From assembly GCF_006345805.1 (NCBI RefSeq), contig NC_043004.1:78740001-78804000 (forward strand): a stretch of DNA of 64,000 nt, in the 5' to 3' direction. The notes below the pieces were generated by a model. The model saw nothing but the letters and a program-made list of their open reading frames with translations. It did not search any database and was not told the origin of the DNA. Origin of the DNA: Octopus sinensis (lineage: Eukaryota). Position numbers and translations under genes: made by a program. This document shows positions 25,351-37,961 of this stretch, piece after piece; position 1 is the stretch's first letter; each line of letters opens with the position of its first letter.

Positions 25351-25892
25351 CATGACTCGCTACCCCATTATTGGCCCAATTTTTACATGAACCGCTATTC
25401 CATTATCGTCCCACTTTCTACATGAATCACTGCCCCATTATTACCCCACTTTTTACATCAATCATTATGCATTATCACCCCACTTTTTACATGAATCGCT
25501 ACCCTATTATCGCCCCACATTCTACATGAACCGCTACCCCATTATTGCCCCACTTTCTACATGAACCGCTACCCCATTATTGCCCCACTTTCTACATGAA
25601 TCGCTACCCCATTATTGCCCCACTTTCTACATGAATCGCTACCCCATTATTGCCCCACTTTCTACATGAATCGCTACCCCATTATTGCCCCACTTTCTAC
25701 ATGAATCGCTACCCCATTATTGCCCCACTTTCTACATGAATCACTACCCCATTATCACCCCACTTTTTACATGAATTGCTACCCCATTATCGCCCCATGC
25801 TACTGCATTATTGCCCTGCTTTTTACATGAATAGCCACCCCATTATTACCCCACTTTTTACATGAATCGCTACCCCATTGTTACCCCATTTT
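25351..25892. repeat. 35-bp minisatellite, about 15 copies
   Basis: Unit CATGAATCGCTACCCCATTATTGCCCCACTTTCTA; period 35 confirmed at 25525/25560/25595. Confidence 0.95.
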
Positions 25893-26640
25893 TCTTCAGT
25901 GCCCTCGTCAAGTTTCCATTGCACCCAGGGGAGCAATACTACCCATTTTGGGAACTACTGTACTAAATGCTGATAAAATAAATTCAAGGATTGATATGTT
26001 TGTCTAAAACCTTTGAAGGTATTGCCCTAGCAGGGTCACAGTTCAACAACTGAAATCAGTAAAGTACCAAAAACAAAAAAAAAAAAGCAAATCAGAAGAA
26101 ACTAAAAAATAAATATTCAGGAATTACTACATTGTCAAATCTTATTCTGAATAAATGGTAATGAGAAGATATTTGGTAATCCAATATTGTATGTTTTCTA
26201 TTCCTTGGTCACAATAGTTGTTTGCTTATGAAATATGATTGAGAAATATTCTTGTGTAAGTATCTTAGTTTCAATACGTCACTTGGTTTGAATTATTCCT
26301 TTCGTGTAGTTTGCGAAGCAGCTTCTTCAGTTACTTTCGACTGTTTCATTTGCAATAAACATCTTTGTTTTATTGAGAACTGACACAGTGTTTCACTTGC
26401 TGATTGTGAACGTATTTCATAATAATAACATCAGCAAAAACGATGATGATAATAACGGTAATAATAACTTTGAGGTGGACACTTGAGACTAGAATTATTG
26501 ATTTTTCTGTTGTGTCGTTTCACTTCTCAAGTTGAAACAAATATAAATTTAACACGATATATATCATCATTGTATTTGGATCAATTGCTGTTGTGTGTTG
26601 CTTTTAATTATATACAGACATAGATTACCAATGTCTTTGC

Positions 26641-26681
<41 letters not shown>

Positions 26682-27961
26682 CCTTTCTTTTTGATGATTA
26701 ATTTGACTCTTTCTGGCTCTTATTTTAACACTTTTGGACCAAACTGTCCGAGATCACCCTTCGTTTTAGGATACACATTTTCTGTCTTAAACTGACTGAA
26801 GTTAAAACTTCCCATCAGAACTTCCTGCTAATCTGTGTCCCTAATGACACTTTCACTCTGTCACTAAGAATATGTTTGCTGAAATACTGTTCTCATTCCA
26901 ATCAATTTTTAGAATAATGAAGAATTTACTTAAATGACTCAGTCATTATTAAGTTGGTGAATGCTACATAATTTATGAAATTTTGACAGAAGATTTTAAT
27001 TTAGATTACTTTAACATAGGAAATTTGTATCATAAAACCAGGGGCTGTCCCAGATGAGTTAGTACCAAAAGGATTAATTATGACAAAGTCATTTTATTGA
27101 ATTCTTCATTATTTTCAAAGTTTATCGAAACAAAAATAATGTTCTTCAACAGATCACATTTTTGTGTTGCAAGGATTTTATTACTGCTCCCTATTTTGTT
27201 CTTCTTTTGACCTTTAATAAAATGTGTTTGGCCTTCTCTTCCCAATAATGTATTTTATATCATAGCAGATAGACGTTTTATCGTCCATTTAAATAAGATT
27301 TCTCATTTTTTACTCTTTTGATTGCAATAATTAAATTACTTTAGTTTCATAAATTCCAGCAGTATCAATAGTTGTCACTGTAAAAATATAAGGATGAAAA
27401 AAAATTACTAGATGATAAATGAAAGAGGAATTGGCAAAACATGGGATCACAGGGCTAGAACTTTGACTTAGGACTCTAAAAATAACTGCTCTAGATGGAC
27501 TGTTGAACATAGCTATAAATAGGTGATTTAAAAGGAAGAAGATCTGCTGTAAGATTAAGGACTTTATTAAATTGTTTTATTAGCTTGCGGTACTGATGAA
27601 CTGTAGATGCACCGCACTAAATCTCCAAGATCTGTTTTCAGTATATTACAAGAATATATGCATTGCTAGAGATTATTCTCTCCCCCACTTAACTCATTCC
27701 CTATCCCTAACCATCTCTCTTACTCTCCCATATACGACCTCTAACCATCCACACTTCTGGTTCCTCTGTCCATCCCCCTCTACTCACTCCTACTCACCTC
27801 ATACCTTGAGGGTACACTCAGATATTGCAACACCCCTATTTTTATCTCTTTCTAGCTCCACCCTAACCACTCCACCATCTCTTTGATAATGGGAATATTT
27901 TTGTAGCTCCTGTACAAAGAGAAGCCTGTTCTGCTCTGGCCCCTTCTCTCATAAATTAAAC

Positions 27962-28198
27962 CAGTGGTTCTCAGCTGGGATACATATAACCTTCAGGGGC
28001 CCATGTAAGATTTTCTTAAAAATTGTGCCATAAACTGGTTATAAATCTACAATAAACAAAGTATTTTAAATAGTTTTCTTAATAATCTTTAATTATAAAA
28101 ACATAGGGTTTTTTAAACATTGAATGAATAATGAGGGTCCAGTAGAGTAAAATAAAAACCAAAAGGGTCCTTGGGTAAAAGATGGTTGGGAACCACTG
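27962..28198. mobile_element. hAT (Charlie-like) MITE
   Basis: CAGTGGTTCTCAGC ... GTTGGGAACCACTG; TSD not recognisable. Confidence 0.6.
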
Positions 28199-29547
28199 CT
28201 TTAGGAGACCCTCATCTCCTAGTATGCATCTGCCTCTCCTGTAGTTCCCAGTCAATTGGAGATCTTAGTCTTGCAGGCTACTTGGTGACCTCAATGGAGC
28301 TGGTGCCATGAAAAAAAGAAAGCATCCAGTACATTTTATAATGTAGTTGGTGTTAGGAAGGACATCCAACTGTAGAAGCCATGTCACAGTAAACAGTAGA
28401 GCATGCTGCAGTCCTTAGACCCATCACATCCTGTCAAACGACTCCACCTGTGCAGGTATGGAATGCAGACGTTAAATGATGGTGATGATGATGATGATAT
28501 GGATATACAACAGAAAATAACCATCATGACTTGTATAAGATACTCTACATGAAGTTTTTTTGATAGTGTCTTTATGATGAAATGGTGTGTGAAACTCACA
28601 GCCAAACCCTAACGCTTTGTTTTAAATAGTAACATATGTCTTCAGATTGCTGTGAATTCTGTGAGAAAATTTTCTAAGATAATATTAAAATGCGACTAAA
28701 AATAGTCATTAGTTGTAGGAAATGTGTTCAATTGTGAATTATTTGTTTACATAACACATACATCATTCTGTTTAACTCCTACGTTATCTGATGTAGCACA
28801 TATATTTCCTTATATTTGAAGACAACTATTCTTAGCCATACGAGCAGTGAGGATGGATGTTAGATTAATTAGAATAGTTATATCGTGAACATTTTGTTGA
28901 GTTTTGTGTTTGTTTTAACTTCTTTGCTTTGAGTGAGTGAAAAGTAAATTTAAATCCAAGATAAAGAAAGGTATGGCTGTGTGGTTAAGGAATCCTAATT
29001 CTCAACCATATGGTCTGGGGTTCAGTCCTGTTGTGTGGTATCTTGGGCAAGTGTCAGTTATTATAGGCCCAGGCTGACCAAAGTCTTATGAATGGATTTG
29101 GTAGATAGAAACTGAAAGAAGATTGTTTTGTGTGTGTGTGTGTGTGTGTGTGTCTGTATGCGTGTGTGCATGTGCGTGTGTGTACCCTTGTTTTGACATC
29201 ATGTAATGGTTGTATAACAAGTATCACTGTATACAAACTGTGTTGTTTTTGCTTGGAAACAGATGTGGGTGGGTAACAGTGAGGGTACTTGGCCATAGAA
29301 AATCACCCTCAACTAATTCCGTCTGACCCATTCAAATATGGAAATATGGATGTTAAATCATCATCATCATCATCATTTAACGTCCACCTTCCATGCCAGC
29401 ATGGGTGGGATGGTACCACAAGAGCCAGCCAGGCAGAAGCCTGCACCAGACTTCTGTGACTGTTTTGACAGGATTTTTATAGCTGGACGCCCTTCCTAAC
29501 ACCAACCACTCAGCAGAGTTGACATAGTGCTATGATGATAATTTGTG

Positions 29548-29875
29548 ATTGGAAGGCTAAGGGAGTAAACCCCGACAGAAAATCTGGAACTGGAGTCCCT
29601 AAGGTGGCCTGACACAACACGTCATCACCGGCAACTCCTGCCGACACATTTGGTACCAAGCTGTATCGACCTGTCGTTCCCTTGGAGCTACCAGCTGCGT
29701 GGAGAGCGGGGATCAAACTGCATGGGCAACAGCTGATCCCCCATACAAACCTGCCCAGGCCTTGTAGCTCAACAGGTAGATGATTGGTCTGCACAGCCAC
29801 ACCAGGAAGTGCAGATAAACCCACCACCTATTCTGAGCTACACCATCGTCTCTCGAGACCGACGGATGTCACCGC
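29548..29875 (+). mobile_element. Internally deleted (bipartite) RTE-derived non-autonomous element
   Basis: 5'-UTR-like segment joined to the ORF2 end IGLHSHTRKCR* (29783-29818) and the RTE-type terminus CATCGTCTCTCGAGACCGACGGATG. Confidence 0.65.
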
Positions 29876-32207
29876 CGACGGTCATGGCATTGTAATCTTT
29901 TGTCACCATATTTCTGTAGACATGTGCTGCCTCTGTTTCAGTTAATTTTGAAAATAATAATGATGAATTTTAGTAAAATAACCTTGTCATTATTATTAAG
30001 CTGTTGTTTGGAACATAAATTAAGATAAATTAACATGATGTTTGGAATATAAATTTACATAAATTAACATGAAACATAAATTGACTTGTTGGAAGGTTTT
30101 TAATCTAGATCACTTTAACCACCTGAAACAAGGAGTAGAATCAATCAGTTTTGGCATCAAAAAGGTTGGCATATATGATGATAGAATGATGTTAAAAGCT
30201 TATTGAGTTTGTATAAATATCAGAAGATATAGAGAAGGTGATAGTCGTCATCATCTTCACCACCATTTAACATCCTTTTTCTCCATACTGGTATGGGTTG
30301 GATGGTTTGACAAGGAGCTGGTCAGCCAGAGAGCTGCATCAGGCTCCAAATTATCTATCTAAGCATACTTTCTATGGCTGTACAGAGTGTACTGGGTGCT
30401 TTATTTGTGGCCCCAGCGGGAGCTTTCATTGTGGCACCAGCACGGGTGCTTTTTATGTGGTGCCAGTATGGGTGCTTTTAATGTGGCACCTGCACAGATA
30501 CCTTTTGTGTTGTGCCCACATGGGTGCTTTTTACTATTGTTTAAAAAAAAAGAAAAGGAAAGAGAACCTGTGAGAAAAGGGCAAGGATATGGTGTGGAGG
30601 TGACCAGCGAGATCTTAGAGTTGTGTTTTTAGAGTTAGGATACTCATTGGTATACTCCTATATTTCTAGAGTGGATACATTTGAGGAGCACATGAAAGCA
30701 CCCGTTACATTCTTGGAGTGGTTGGCATTAAGAAGTCCATCCAGCTGTAGGAAACCATGCCAAATCAGACTAGAGTCTGGTGCAGCCTTCCAGCTTGTCA
30801 GCCCTGGTCAAACTGTCCAACCCTTTGCCAGCATGGACAACGGACGTTAAATGATGATGATGCATAGTTTGATAAAGATAGTAGTCATCTTAGAGAGTCT
30901 TCTTTTATTGTTGATTAACCAGAGATCAACCGTGTTTGAATAGACTTATGATAAAAGATATCCGCTTGAGATCATTTTGGTTTTTTTCTGTACAAGGAAC
31001 TACACTGCCTGATGTATTCTTTTTTTTTTTTTTTATTTAAAGCAGTACAAAGTGATTTATGATAGATTTGGTTACTATTTCTAGCAGATCAAAGTGTCTA
31101 TGCAGAGGCTTCTTTTTTGGCTCTTTCAATGATTGTGTTTTGAGAGAGTAAAGGAGTTGTAACATGATACTGTTGTGAACATGAATAAATGAGGTGAGTT
31201 TATCTAAAGTGATTAGTGTCCGGGTATGTTTGTGTGGAGGAGGAGGATCTAGAAACAAAGCAGAGAACGAAAATGTTGTTTGCTTGTTCGGACTTTGAAT
31301 TCAAATTGAAATATGGAGAGTAAGAAGGTCCAACTAGATTTATGAAAAGAAAATGCCTTTTAAGTCTGTCTCTGGTTCCATGATACAAACTCCCTGTTTT
31401 AATGTGATCTAAATTAACACCTGCCATCAATAATTCTTTGTTACTTTCGAAATTATTTAAAGCAAAGTTAGTGTATTTCAACAGAAACCATCATCATCAT
31501 CATCACAGTAACAATCAGAGTTTTACGTTAATTTGTTTCAAACATCAGCTTAATGAGGACAAAGATATTCTACTGAATTCTTCATTTTAAAAATATATTT
31601 GCAACAAAAATACTGTAGTGGCAAAGTGGAATTGTGTGTGTTTTGAAAGCAATGAACCTGAGAAAGAAAGAAGACAACTCTGGGGGCACAAATTTTAATA
31701 TGTGGTAATTAGTTTAAAGCTTAAAAGAAGAGAACGAGTCGTGAGATTTTGGACACTAGTCCTTCATCAGAAGAAATGCAGAGAAAAAAAGATAAAGGTG
31801 GAGAGTGAATAACAAAAAGTTGTGTTAGTGTTTTCTTGTTAGAGAATGTGTTTATAAGTTAGATTTGAAAACAAGAAAGTAATTCTGATTTTCCTTATAA
31901 TAGTTTTTAAATATATTTCCAGTGGTAAAAGTGTTTTTTAAAAGTTAAATTTTGAAGCGATCTATAGATAACAAATGATTATTTTGCTATGAATTTTAAT
32001 TCTTGTTACTATTTTGATAAAACATTTAAAATAATTTATTTGTTTTTCAGAGAAATGATATTACCAAAAATGGAAAAACGGTGACCCTCTAGTGGCAGAT
32101 TCTGCCATTTCAGAATATTACTGTTTGTACAGTCTTCTTCTGAGTCTCATTTTTTGGCCAGCTTCCATCGGTGCCAGCCGTGTAACAGGCACTAGCTGCT
32201 GTGGATT

Positions 32208-32384
32208 ATGGTCACTAAAGCATCTAAAACTATTGTATTATGTTCGATTGCGAACTTTGTCAACTCTGCCGACCGTGTGATCATGCCAATAGCTATCATC
32301 TCTATTGCCGACCAGTACAAACTGGATCTTCACAATCAGGGATGGGTGCTCAGTTCATTTGCTGTTGGATATATGAGCAGTCAA
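32208..32384 (+). CDS. SLC17/ACS-family MFS anion transporter, coding exon 1 (MVTKASK...GYMSSQ); the exon itself starts at acceptor 32051
   Basis: ATG at 32208; TM1 motif NFVNSADRVIMPIA and GWVLSSFAVGY..Q typical of SLC17; donor CAA|GTGAGT at 32385; upstream acceptor TTTTTCAG at 32050; phase 0. Confidence 0.9.
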
Positions 32385-32824
32385 GTGAGTATTGAAATGA
32401 AAAATTTATTTCTTAGGATTTGAAATCTTTCTCATTGTTGTTGCATGTAGAACAGCGACTGAAATTACATTTACTCTACATCTTTACAAGGGTGGCAGAA
32501 GCATTAGAGTGTTGGAAAAACTACTTTGCAGGATTTGTTCCTGTGCTTTGCATTCCGAGTTCAAACCATGCCAGGGTCAACTTTATAAAGTACCAGTCAA
32601 GTACTGGAGTTGGTGGTAGTGATTAACCCTGCTCACCTCAAAATTGCTGGACGTGTACCTAAATTAGAAACATTTATATATCTTTGTAACAGGGTACAAC
32701 TTTAAACTGCATCTGGTTATGGGACCCTGTTTTCGGAGTTTCAGGGTTTTGAGAGTGTGAAACCACTTCTTAGCTACCACTGTTCTCGTAAATGAAATTG
32801 CCTGAAAATTCACAGATACTATTA

Positions 32825-33208
32825 TCTCTCTATATATAAACGGCAGTTTGTCTGTGCGTGTTTCTGTGTGTCTGTTTGCTTGTACCCTCACCCTGACCAC
32901 GGCTTTCAACCGATTCTGATGAAACTTGACACACACATAGCCCAATGTCATAATTCAAAACTAACGCAGCGAAAATTTTGAAAAGTTCCCCCAGTTCTGA
33001 AAAAAATCGATAAATTCGACATGGGGTCGAGAATCAGAAACACAAACCGCAAACTGTCTAGGGGACGCAACTCCACCTTTTTTTACTCTCAAAAAAAATT
33101 TACCATAATTTTTTTCCATTTTTTGGCTATTTTTTGGCTATAACTCTCTAAAAATGCTTTATAGTTATTTCCCTTACAAACCTGAGCAACGCCGGGCGAT
33201 ACTGCTAG
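32825..33208 (+). mobile_element. Non-autonomous Helitron in SLC17 intron 1
   Basis: 5' A|TCTCTCTATATATAAA; 3' subterminal hairpin CCTGAGCAACGCCGGG, then CTAG|T. Confidence 0.8.
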
Positions 33209-34179
33209 TTTTCATCTAAATAACAACTGAAAAAAATTTCATTAAAATCTGTTTGATAAAGACTGCATATGCATTAAGAACATGTTTCATTCTTTGACAC
33301 AGATCATACACAAATCACAACTTGTATCAAGTATTTGTTTTATACCCTTATAAATTGTCAGTTTAACGGATGATCAGCATGCATGGGTTCATAATGACAG
33401 TTATACTGAATTTATTTTGGTAAATTTGTCAATAACCAGAAGCACAGTAAACAGTATCAATTAAAAATTATTGCATACAATTATATTTAACACATTTGTG
33501 TATACTAATATCATGCAATATTCATATTTTATATCTCTGAAGAGCAGAAGGGTTGTCTATAAATGCTTATCAATATAGGATTTCATTATAGGGACAACTC
33601 TTCTGCGAAACGATCGTAAGATGCTTAATATAATTAATTCAAATTTTTTAAACTATCAAATTTATTTTATACATTATATTTATATTTTTATATTTATTTA
33701 TATATATTTTTAATATAATAATTTCTTTCACACGGGTATATCTTTATGATGAGTTTGGATATTAATTTCCCTATATTAATAATAATAATATATTATTAAA
33801 AAAAACATGTATACTAAACATGGAAAGACCTTTTGATGAGGAAATTATCTTGGGAGAGAAATTCTCTTCATAGTTAATGTTGTGGGGAAAAAAACAGAAT
33901 GCTGTTATGCATTTTGTTTATCTTTACATTCCGAGTTCAAATCCTGCTGAGGTCAATGTTGCTTTTCATCCTTTAGGGGTTGATGAAAGAAATACCAGTC
34001 AAGTGCTTAGGTGCAATGAAATCAATAAGCCTCCTTCTCACAAAAATTTCAGGCCTTGTGTCTATAATAGAAAGGCTCATCATATTCTGAATGTATTCCT
34101 GTTTATGTATATATATTTGTCAAATTGATGTAGACATATGATGATGGTCATGTTACTAACTTCTTTTCTTTCTCCTCAG

Positions 34180-34339
34180 GTAATTGGCGGGAGTGCAGCT
34201 CGAAAATATGGCGGAAAATCAGTTCTTGCAATGGCAGTCTTTCTATGGTCCCTTTCAACCTTTATGGTTCCATTTTTTGCTCATTCTATTAATGCTCTTT
34301 TGATATCCAGAGTTCTTCTTGGATTAGGTGAAGGGTTAG
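34180..34339 (+). CDS. SLC17-family transporter, coding exon 2 (VIGGSAARKYGGK...SRVLLGLGEGL)
   Basis: TACTAAC branch point 34154-34160, pyrimidine tract, CAG acceptor; GG...GGK motif and TM4 R..GLGEG; donor G|GTAAAT; phase 1. Confidence 0.95.
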
Positions 34340-34847
34340 GTAAATTGATTTAAAAATATTTCTACATTTTCATATTTTCCAATGTATTTCTTTACAAGTT
34401 TAATATTTTTTTCTCCATATTCTTTAATACAAAGTCTTTCAGAATGTAGTTTACTCAACAACAGAATTTTTTTTTCTCTTTAGACTTTAACATTTATACA
34501 ACAAATTTGACTGGCTGTTGTTGTCTGCAAAACCACTGTTTCAAAATTATTTCCGTTTTTGGTATTTCATTGCAATGATGTGTTTGTGAAACGGGTGTTG
34601 TTATGAAAATTTTAATTTCGAAGTAGAAAGTGTAACTGTAAGGTCTGTTGTTTTAGTCTCCACTTTGTCATGTTCACGTGGGTCATATTGATTACTTTGA
34701 TGTTTACAACAACAAACTGAATGCTTTCAGCAATTACTGCTTTATACTGGTTATATTTAGATACTTGGCAATGTTTCATACATACTTTCAAAGCAGTGCC
34801 CCAGCATGGTCATAATTGAATGATTGAAACAAGTTAAAGATAAAAGA

Positions 34848-34893
34848 TTATCTATATCTATCTATCTATCTATCTATCTATATATATATATAC

Positions 34894-34940
<47 letters not shown>

Positions 34941-35198
34941 ATATATGTATGTATATATGTATGTATATATGTATATGTATGTATATATGTATATGTATGT
35001 ATATATGTATATGTATGTATATATGTATGTATATATGTATGTATGTAGATATGTATGTATGTATGTATGTAGATATGTATGTAGATATGTATGTATGTAT
35101 GTATGTAGATATGTATGTAGATATGTATGTATGTATGTATGTAGATATGTATGTAGATATGTATGTATATATGTATGTATATATGTATATATATATAT
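34848..35198. repeat. Compound (TATC)/(TA)/(TATG)/(AGAT) microsatellite, SLC17 intron 2
   Basis: Seen directly in the sequence. Confidence 0.95.
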
Positions 35199-35618
35199 CA
35201 TCACCATGCATCTATTTTTCTATGCTGACATGGGTTGGACAATTTAACAGCTGACAAGCCAGAGAACTTCCATCAGGCTCCAATTGTCTGTCTTGTTAAG
35301 GTCTCTGTGGCTGGATGCCCTTCCTAACACCAACCATTTTAGGAAGTGTACAGGGTGCTTTTTATGTGGCACTAGCACTGGTGATTTCTTTACGTGGCAC
35401 CAATACACACACACACACACATCAGGAATTTGATGTTGGTGTGTTTACATCCTTGTAACTTAACAGTTCAGCAAAAAAAGACTGATTAAAGTACCAGGCT
35501 TTAAGAAAAGAAAAAAAAAGTACTGGGGTAATTCATTTGACTAAAGTTCTTCAAGATGGTGCTCCAGCTTGGCCACAGTTTAATAACTGAAACAAGAAGA
35601 AGATAAATGATATTAGGC

Positions 35619-35777
35619 ATAGAAGTGGCTGTGTGGTAAGAAGCTGGCTTCCCAACCACATGGTTCCAGGTTCAGTCCCACTGTGTGGCATCTTGGGCAA
35701 GTGTCTTCAACTATAGCCTCAGGCTGACCAAAGCCTTGTGAGTGGATTTGGTAGACGGAAACTGAAAGAAGCCTGTC

Positions 35778-35820
<43 letters not shown>

Positions 35821-35836
35821 CATCATCATCGTCATG

Positions 35837-35870
<34 letters not shown>

Positions 35871-36088
35871 GTATGTATTTGTGTTTCTGTGTTTGTCCCC
35901 CACCATCGTTTGACAACTGACATTGGTGTGTTTATGTATCTGTAACTTAGCAGTTTGGCAAAAGAGACTGATAGAATAAGTACTAAGCTTACAAAGAGTA
36001 AGTCCTTGGGTCGATTCATTTGGCTAAAGGCAGTGCTCCAGTATGGCTGCAGTCAAATGACTGAAACAAGTAAAAGAATAAAAGAATA
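35619..36088 (+). mobile_element. Family B SINE, SLC17 intron 2
   Basis: Full pattern with an expanded internal (TA)n. Confidence 0.85.
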
Positions 36089-36096
36089 TACATATA

Positions 36097-36153
<57 letters not shown>

Positions 36154-36169
36154 CATACATATATATGTG

Positions 36170-36436
36170 TGTGTCGTAGGATTGCGGTTTCGATTCCCAG
36201 ACTGGGCGTTGTGAGTGTTTATTGAGCAAAAACACCTAAAGCTCCAGAAGGCTCCGGCAGGAGGTGGTGGCGATCCCTGCTGTACTCTTTCGCCACAATT
36301 TTCTCTCACTCTTTCTTCTGTTGGCCTGCTCGCTTAGCCAGCGGGGTGGCGTCATTTGAAGGCTAAAACAATGCGAAGCGCATTGTGACCAGCGATGTGT
36401 AGCAACATCTGATAGCCTGGTCGGTCACGTGATCAG

Positions 36437-36441
<5 letters not shown>
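36170..36441 (+). mobile_element. SINE-like element, further family (decayed relative at ~50130-50310)
   Basis: B-box-like GGTTTCGATTCCC at the 5' end; 3' end GCTAAAAC.ATG..AAG.GCA.TGTGACCAG.GATGT shared with 50240-50280. Confidence 0.55.
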
Positions 36442-36470
<29 letters not shown>

Positions 36471-37006
36471 TTCTCACTTAGAAAACAGGCAAAGGTTGGC
36501 AGCAGGAAAGGCATCCAGCTTTTGAAAATCTGTCTTAATAAACTCTATCCAATCTATGATGCAAGTATGGAGAAATGAATGTTGATGATGATGATGGTAT
36601 TGACTGGATTCTAATGAGTTGCTTTAGTACTTTAGTATGATAAAGGATGAATCTTTGTTCTAACTTCCAACTGACTGATCATTTCAGAATTGTCAGTCTA
36701 TAATCTTTGTCTGATGTCACTTGTTTTGTAGGTCAGCATGGGAGATAAAAAAAAATAAAAAAACAGAAAATGAAAAAAATATAGAAACTGTTGAATCTAA
36801 CCCAGAAATTTGATCAAAGTTATACTGTTGTCCCAGGCAGCTATTGTGTGTGAAGTTGAAATCATTTTGGTTGTTGACCTTTGCTAATAGTTAGACATGA
36901 ATATTATAACAAGACAATCTCTCATTCGTGTTCCACTGTTTTATATCTAAACTGCACGAGGTCACCTCGATTTGAAAACTCATTTCTGTTCCAGACATTT
37001 TTTTGA

Positions 37007-37408
37007 TACTCTTTACTCTTTTACTTGTTTCAGTCATTTGACTGCGGCCATGCTGGAGCACTTTAGTCAAGCAAATTGACCCCGGGACTTATTCTTTGTA
37101 AGCCCAGTACTTATTCTATTGGTCTCTTTTGCCGAACTGCTAAGTTACGGGGACGTAAACACACCAGCATCGGTTGTCAAGCAATGCTAGGGGGACAAAC
37201 ACAGACACACAAACACACACACACACACACACATATATATACACATATATACGACGGGCTTCTTTCAGTTTCTGTCTACCAAATCCACTCACAAGGCTTT
37301 GGTTGGCCCGAGGCTATAGTGGGAGACACTTGCCCAAGATGCCACGCAGTGGGACTGAACCTGGAACCATGTGGTTGGTAAGCAAGCCATTTACCACACG
37401 GCCACTCC
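37007..37408 (-). mobile_element. Family B SINE, SLC17 intron 2, antisense
   Basis: Reverse complement; little CpG decay. Confidence 0.85.
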
Positions 37409-37926
37409 AGAATACTTCAGAATATTTTTTCATAATATGGTTTTTTAAAGAATTCTTGTTAAAGAATTGTTGCCGATTTTAATGCTGCTTATCAGTTTAT
37501 GCTTTTGGTTCTCTCATTGCAGTGTAACATTTTTGTGTTGGACAAATGCTTGTAAACTTTAACATCAGTCCAAGCAAACTGACCATTGGAATATTTAAAG
37601 TCTAAAGAAAAAAAATTCTGTTGTTCTATCAACTATGTTCTCAAAGACTTTGTATTAAATAATATTAAATTGGAACATTTCAAAGATATTTTGTTTTATG
37701 TCTGTTTTTCCTTGCTAGTATGGGTTAGATGGTTATCTTATTGTGGTAATGTTTTACAGCTAGGTGCCTTTCCTGTTACTAACCTTTACTTGTTTTTCAA
37801 ATGTGGGATCCTTTATTTCACACATCCTGAAGGCAGCAGATGATTTATAGACAGAAGAAATTACAATAACAATAATACTGCTTGTAGCTCAAGATTTTTG
37901 AAGTGCAAATGTAAACAACTGTGCAG

Positions 37927-37961
<35 letters not shown>

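Noticed and set aside
25351-25892. CRISPR-like look of the 35-bp array, and of 41477-41795
   Set aside because: The first has no spacers, and the second has only (TA)n spacers; no cas genes; eukaryotic context
33620-33810. Extremely AT-rich tract suggestive of a mitochondrial insertion
   Set aside because: No recognisable mitochondrial gene or tRNA; low complexity explains it
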